A DNA stretch of 64,000 nt from an uncultured Alphaproteobacteria bacterium (GTDB lineage: Bacteria; Pseudomonadota; Alphaproteobacteria; Caulobacterales; Hyphomonadaceae): positions 119,584 to 183,583 of the forward strand of contig CAIKWZ010000075.1 in assembly GCA_903831255.1 (NCBI GenBank). Reading direction: 5' to 3'. Shown one piece after another: positions 60,898 to 64,000 of this stretch. The position numbers were made by a program, and so were the translations under genes. Position 1 is the stretch's first letter. Each line of letters starts with the position of its first letter. The notes under the pieces were generated by a model. That model was not told the DNA's origin and ran no database searches. It worked only from the letters and a program-made list of their open reading frames with translations.

Positions 60898-62718
60898 ATG
60901 AATCTCCGTAATATCGCGATCATCGCGCACGTGGACCATGGAAAAACTACGCTCGTAGACTGCCTGCTGAAGCAGTCCGGCGTCTTCCGGGAAAACGAGG
61001 CCACCACAGAGCGAATGATGGACTCCAACGATCTCGAAAGGGAAAGAGGGATCACCATCCTGGCTAAAGCGACATCCGTGGTTTGGAACGACACGCGGAT
61101 AAACATTGTGGATACGCCTGGTCACGCGGACTTCGGAGGAGAGGTGGAGCGGATCCTGAACATGGTGGATGGCGCCATCGTGCTTGTGGACGCGGCCGAG
61201 GGTCCCATGCCGCAGACGAAATTCGTGGTGTCAAAAGCCCTTAAAGTGGGGCTTCGTCCGATCGTCTGCGTGAACAAAATCGACAAGGCGGAAAGCCGGC
61301 CTGATGAGGTTATCAACGAGGTGTTTGATCTGTTCGCCAATCTCGATGCGACCGACGAGCAGTTGGACTTCCCGATCATCTACGGTTCGGCGAAAAACGG
61401 GTGGATGAGCACTGACGCCACGCGCAAGACTGAAGACATGACTGAGCTGTTTGAAACCGTGCTCCGGCATGTTCCGCCGCCATCGGTAGCGGGCGGATCG
61501 TTCCGCATGCTCGGCACTACGATTTCATCCGATCCCTTCCTGGGACGAATTCTGACTGGGCGCGTGGCGTCTGGAGTGGTCAAACCCAATCAGACGGTCA
61601 AGGTTCTCTCCCGCACAGGAGACCTCGTAGAACAGGGGCGAGTTTCAAAGGTTCTCGCGTTCCGCGGACTTATTCGCTCTCCAATTGACGAAGGACGGGC
61701 CGGAGACATCGTTTCGATAGCCGGCCTGACAAAAGCCACCGTCGCCGACACTGTCTGCGCACCTGAAGTTGCCGAAGCGATGGAGGCTCAGCCGATCGAT
61801 CCCCCAACCCTCGCAATGACATTTCGCGTAAACGACAGCCCTCTGGCGGGGACCGAAGGAAAGAAAGTCACAAGTCGGGTCATCTGGGATCGTCTCCAGA
61901 AGGAGGCGGAAGGCAACGTGGCTTTGCGTATTTCGAGAGCCGCCGAGGGAGATAGCTTCGAAGTGGCGGGCAGAGGAGAACTCCAGCTCGCCGTTCTGAT
62001 TGAAACGATGCGCAGGGAAGGTTTTGAACTCGGCGTGTCGCGGCCCAAAGTCGTCATGAAGACTGAGGAAGAAACCGGCCAGAAACTGGAACCTATCGAG
62101 GAAGTCGTCATCGACGTCGATGACGAACACTCAGGGATCGTAGTCCAAAAGCTCTCGGAACGTCGTGCCGATCTCCTGGAAATGCGCCCGTCAGGCGTGG
62201 GTCGAACGCGCCTTGTCTTCCACGCTCCCACGAGAGGTCTCATCGGTTACCAGGGAGAGCTGCTTTCCGATACGCGCGGGACAGCCGTGATGAACAGGCT
62301 TTTCCATGCCTATGCGCCCCACAAGGGAGTGATCCAGGGACGACATACAGGCGTTCTGATTTCAAACGGACAAGGCGAATCGGTCGCGTTCGCGATGTGG
62401 AATCTCGAAGATCGGGGCCCAATGATGATCGAGCCCGGCTCCAAGGTCTACGAAGGAATGATTATTGGAGAGCATACAAGGGGCAACGACCTCGAGGTGA
62501 ACGTCCTCAAGGGGAAGAAGCTCACGAATGTGAGGGCGTCAGGTTCTGACGAAGCGGTCCGTCTGACCCCTCCCATCCGGATGACGCTTGAAAAAGCCCT
62601 CGCCTACATCCAGGACGATGAACTGGTGGAAGTCACCCCCGAGAACATCCGGCTCCGAAAAGTCTATCTAGACCCGAATGACCGGAAGCGTTTCTCAAGA
62701 ATGACTGCTGAAGCCTGA
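60898..62718 (+). CDS. typA: Translational GTPase TypA/BipA
   Basis: [37 protein letters not shown]. 606 aa. Confidence 0.97.
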   Translation: MNLRNIAIIAHVDHGKTTLVDCLLKQSGVFRENEATTERMMDSNDLERERGITILAKATSVVWNDTRINIVDTPGHADFGGEVERILNMVDGAIVLVDAAEGPMPQTKFVVSKALKVGLRPIVCVNKIDKAESRPDEVINEVFDLFANLDATDEQLDFPIIYGSAKNGWMSTDATRKTEDMTELFETVLRHVPPPSVAGGSFRMLGTTISSDPFLGRILTGRVASGVVKPNQTVKVLSRTGDLVEQGRVSKVLAFRGLIRSPIDEGRAGDIVSIAGLTKATVADTVCAPEVAEAMEAQPIDPPTLAMTFRVNDSPLAGTEGKKVTSRVIWDRLQKEAEGNVALRISRAAEGDSFEVAGRGELQLAVLIETMRREGFELGVSRPKVVMKTEEETGQKLEPIEEVVIDVDDEHSGIVVQKLSERRADLLEMRPSGVGRTRLVFHAPTRGLIGYQGELLSDTRGTAVMNRLFHAYAPHKGVIQGRHTGVLISNGQGESVAFAMWNLEDRGPMMIEPGSKVYEGMIIGEHTRGNDLEVNVLKGKKLTNVRASGSDEAVRLTPPIRMTLEKALAYIQDDELVEVTPENIRLRKVYLDPNDRKRFSRMTAEA

Positions 62719-62762
62719 ACGTATCAGGCGCCAAGCGAGTGGTCGGAGAAGTCTTTAAAAAG

Positions 62763-62784
62763 GGGGACCCGTCGGGGACCCGTC
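62763..62784. repeat. Perfect tandem duplication of an 11-bp unit
   Basis: GGGGACCCGTC GGGGACCCGTC lies in the typA/lipoprotein spacer, immediately preceded by AAAAA. Confidence 0.8.
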
Positions 62785-62805
62785 GACGTGCAGGTGAGAG
62801 GAAGC

Positions 62806-63285
62806 ATGCTTATCCGAAGTGAGGTCTGGATCGCCACAGCGATTGCGCTGAGCCTGAACGGATGCGGCTATCCTGCAGCCGCGCCTCCGACATCGGAAAC
62901 CGCAAGCGGTACATCCATCTCATCCAACGACGACAGACAAGGGCCGCCCCCCCCGCCGCCGTCAAATCCGTTGTCCATCGGCTCGCAGGACGCAAAGGAC
63001 GACCTTTATTGTGGCGGGCTCATCCTTGCAGCCTATCCAGTCCCAACAAGCGCCATGAGCCCCACGGACGAAGCCAGATTGATCAAAAACCAGAACCTCG
63101 GGGTAAGCCTCGCCGATACCGGGATTGATAAGCTCATCGCGGAGGGTATGGCGCACGCGACCCACGCGGGCGCAATATCGGAAGCCTACACGACAATTGC
63201 TGCAGCCGACCTCGAAGCAAACACCCCCCGAATATCAATGGAGGAGTGCATTCGCAGAGGCGAGGCGCTGCCTCCTGTCGAGTGA
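62806..63285 (+). CDS. Hypothetical lipoprotein (159 aa)
   Basis: The ATG at 62806 follows GAGAGGAA. Signal and lipobox IALSLNG|C, a Pro-rich linker (GPPPPPPSNP), then a helical-looking domain. No family recognised. Confidence 0.45.
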   Translation: MLIRSEVWIATAIALSLNGCGYPAAAPPTSETASGTSISSNDDRQGPPPPPPSNPLSIGSQDAKDDLYCGGLILAAYPVPTSAMSPTDEARLIKNQNLGVSLADTGIDKLIAEGMAHATHAGAISEAYTTIAAADLEANTPRISMEECIRRGEALPPVE

Positions 63286-63344
63286 AAATGGCGCGGCGGT
63301 GCGCCGTCATATAAGCTGCAGCGTGCCAGATCATAGCGGGACGC

Positions 63345-64000
63345 CTAACGCCCATCTCCAAACAAGCAGGTCTCTTGAGCTGGTGAAGCCTCCAATCTGA
63401 GAGCTTGAGACCCTGCAACCAAATCGCGGCACCGGTCAGGTATCGGAATGTCAATCGCGGGATCGCTGAGCGCATCAGCAGCTCGGATATAAGCGTCAAC
63501 ATATCCGACCGAGTAGAATGCATCGCGAAGAATGACATGTTGACCGGGAAGACTGATGCGCACGCCCAATGTCCGTTCGTCTTCAAACGCAGCCGCCAGA
63601 AGGGAAAGCTCATCTCCCCGGGCCCAAGTCTCCACCGAAAAAGACCACGGAACAAATCCTCTCTTGAGAGCGTCGTCGCCATAGCGGATCGAAACGGCGG
63701 ATTTTCCCGTAGAGTACCCCGCCCAGAGCGTTGAGCCCTGATCAAGCAACTCGATCCTGGCCCCGAGACCCCCATCAGGCCAGCGCTGAGACAGGAGATG
63801 CCGCTCTGTAAGGTCCTCCAGGTCCCCAACTGAGCGCGCCTTCCCCGCCCCTGGAACTCCAAGGGCAAGATGGGGAGAGACAAATCGCAGTAAAACAGGT
63901 TCGGTGATTAAGTCGGCTGGGGCGTACTCCAGCCACAACCTTGATGAACGAGCATCCGACGCCCTGAGGTTCGACGGCGCCTCGTCCGAAGTTACGGGAC
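63345..64000 (-). CDS. Hypothetical protein, 5' end outside the window
   Basis: The reading frame of ORF 63345..63938 stays open to base 64000. The listed start is only a TTG. Composition is balanced and protein-like, unlike the Arg-rich overlapping frame 63134..63883. No family recognised. Confidence 0.4.
   Translation of the reverse strand, partial: PVTSDEAPSNLRASDARSSRLWLEYAPADLITEPVLLRFVSPHLALGVPGAGKARSVGDLEDLTERHLLSQRWPDGGLGARIELLDQGSTLWAGYSTGKSAVSIRYGDDALKRGFVPWSFSVETWARGDELSLLAAAFEDERTLGVRISLPGQHVILRDAFYSVGYVDAYIRAADALSDPAIDIPIPDRCRDLVAGSQALRLEASPAQETCLFGDGR

Noticed and set aside
63134-63883. A 249-aa ORF overlapping ORF 63345-63938 on the same strand in another frame.
   Set aside because: Its composition is Arg/Leu/Cys/Trp-rich and junk-like, and it runs across the convergent lipoprotein gene end. 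The other frame looks like a real protein.

Overview
This is a GC-rich (roughly 60%) alphaproteobacterial chromosome segment around the dnaA region, and it is mostly core housekeeping genes. I found no tRNA, rRNA, CRISPR array, transposase, integrase or phage gene.

The recognisable conserved blocks, in order, are:
- fabA-fabB-fabI
- rimP-nusA-ylxR-like-infB ... rbfA
- ialB-like-rlmN
- regA-regB / senC
- gyrB-recF-dnaN-dnaA-rpsT
- mutM / ubiE-ubiB
- a 1616-aa NAD-glutamate dehydrogenase
- typA

Small accessory or poorly characterised islands sit between these blocks:
- A 718-aa lipoprotein hydrolase is inserted inside the infB-rbfA operon.
- A trypsin-fold (S1) autotransporter lies next to an MFS transporter and two tandem secreted NTF2-like paralogs.
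- An orphan 517-aa lipoprotein is followed by a YgjP-type hydrolase, a TPR-fused tyrosylprotein-sulfotransferase-like enzyme and two large TonB-dependent receptors.
- A lipoprotein cytochrome c sits upstream of a di-heme peroxidase that carries two N-terminal Fn3 modules.
- Several small secreted proteins and lipoproteins have no recognisable family.

I did not find a clear-cut novel multi-gene system. The best candidates for follow-up are the TPR-sulfotransferase module (27.7-36.4 kb), the S1 autotransporter with the NTF2 pair (15.2-21.5 kb) and the cytochrome c / Fn3-peroxidase pair (58.3-60.7 kb).

All family calls come from motif recognition by eye, not from searches. Motif-level coordinates were hand-counted and may be off by a few bases.
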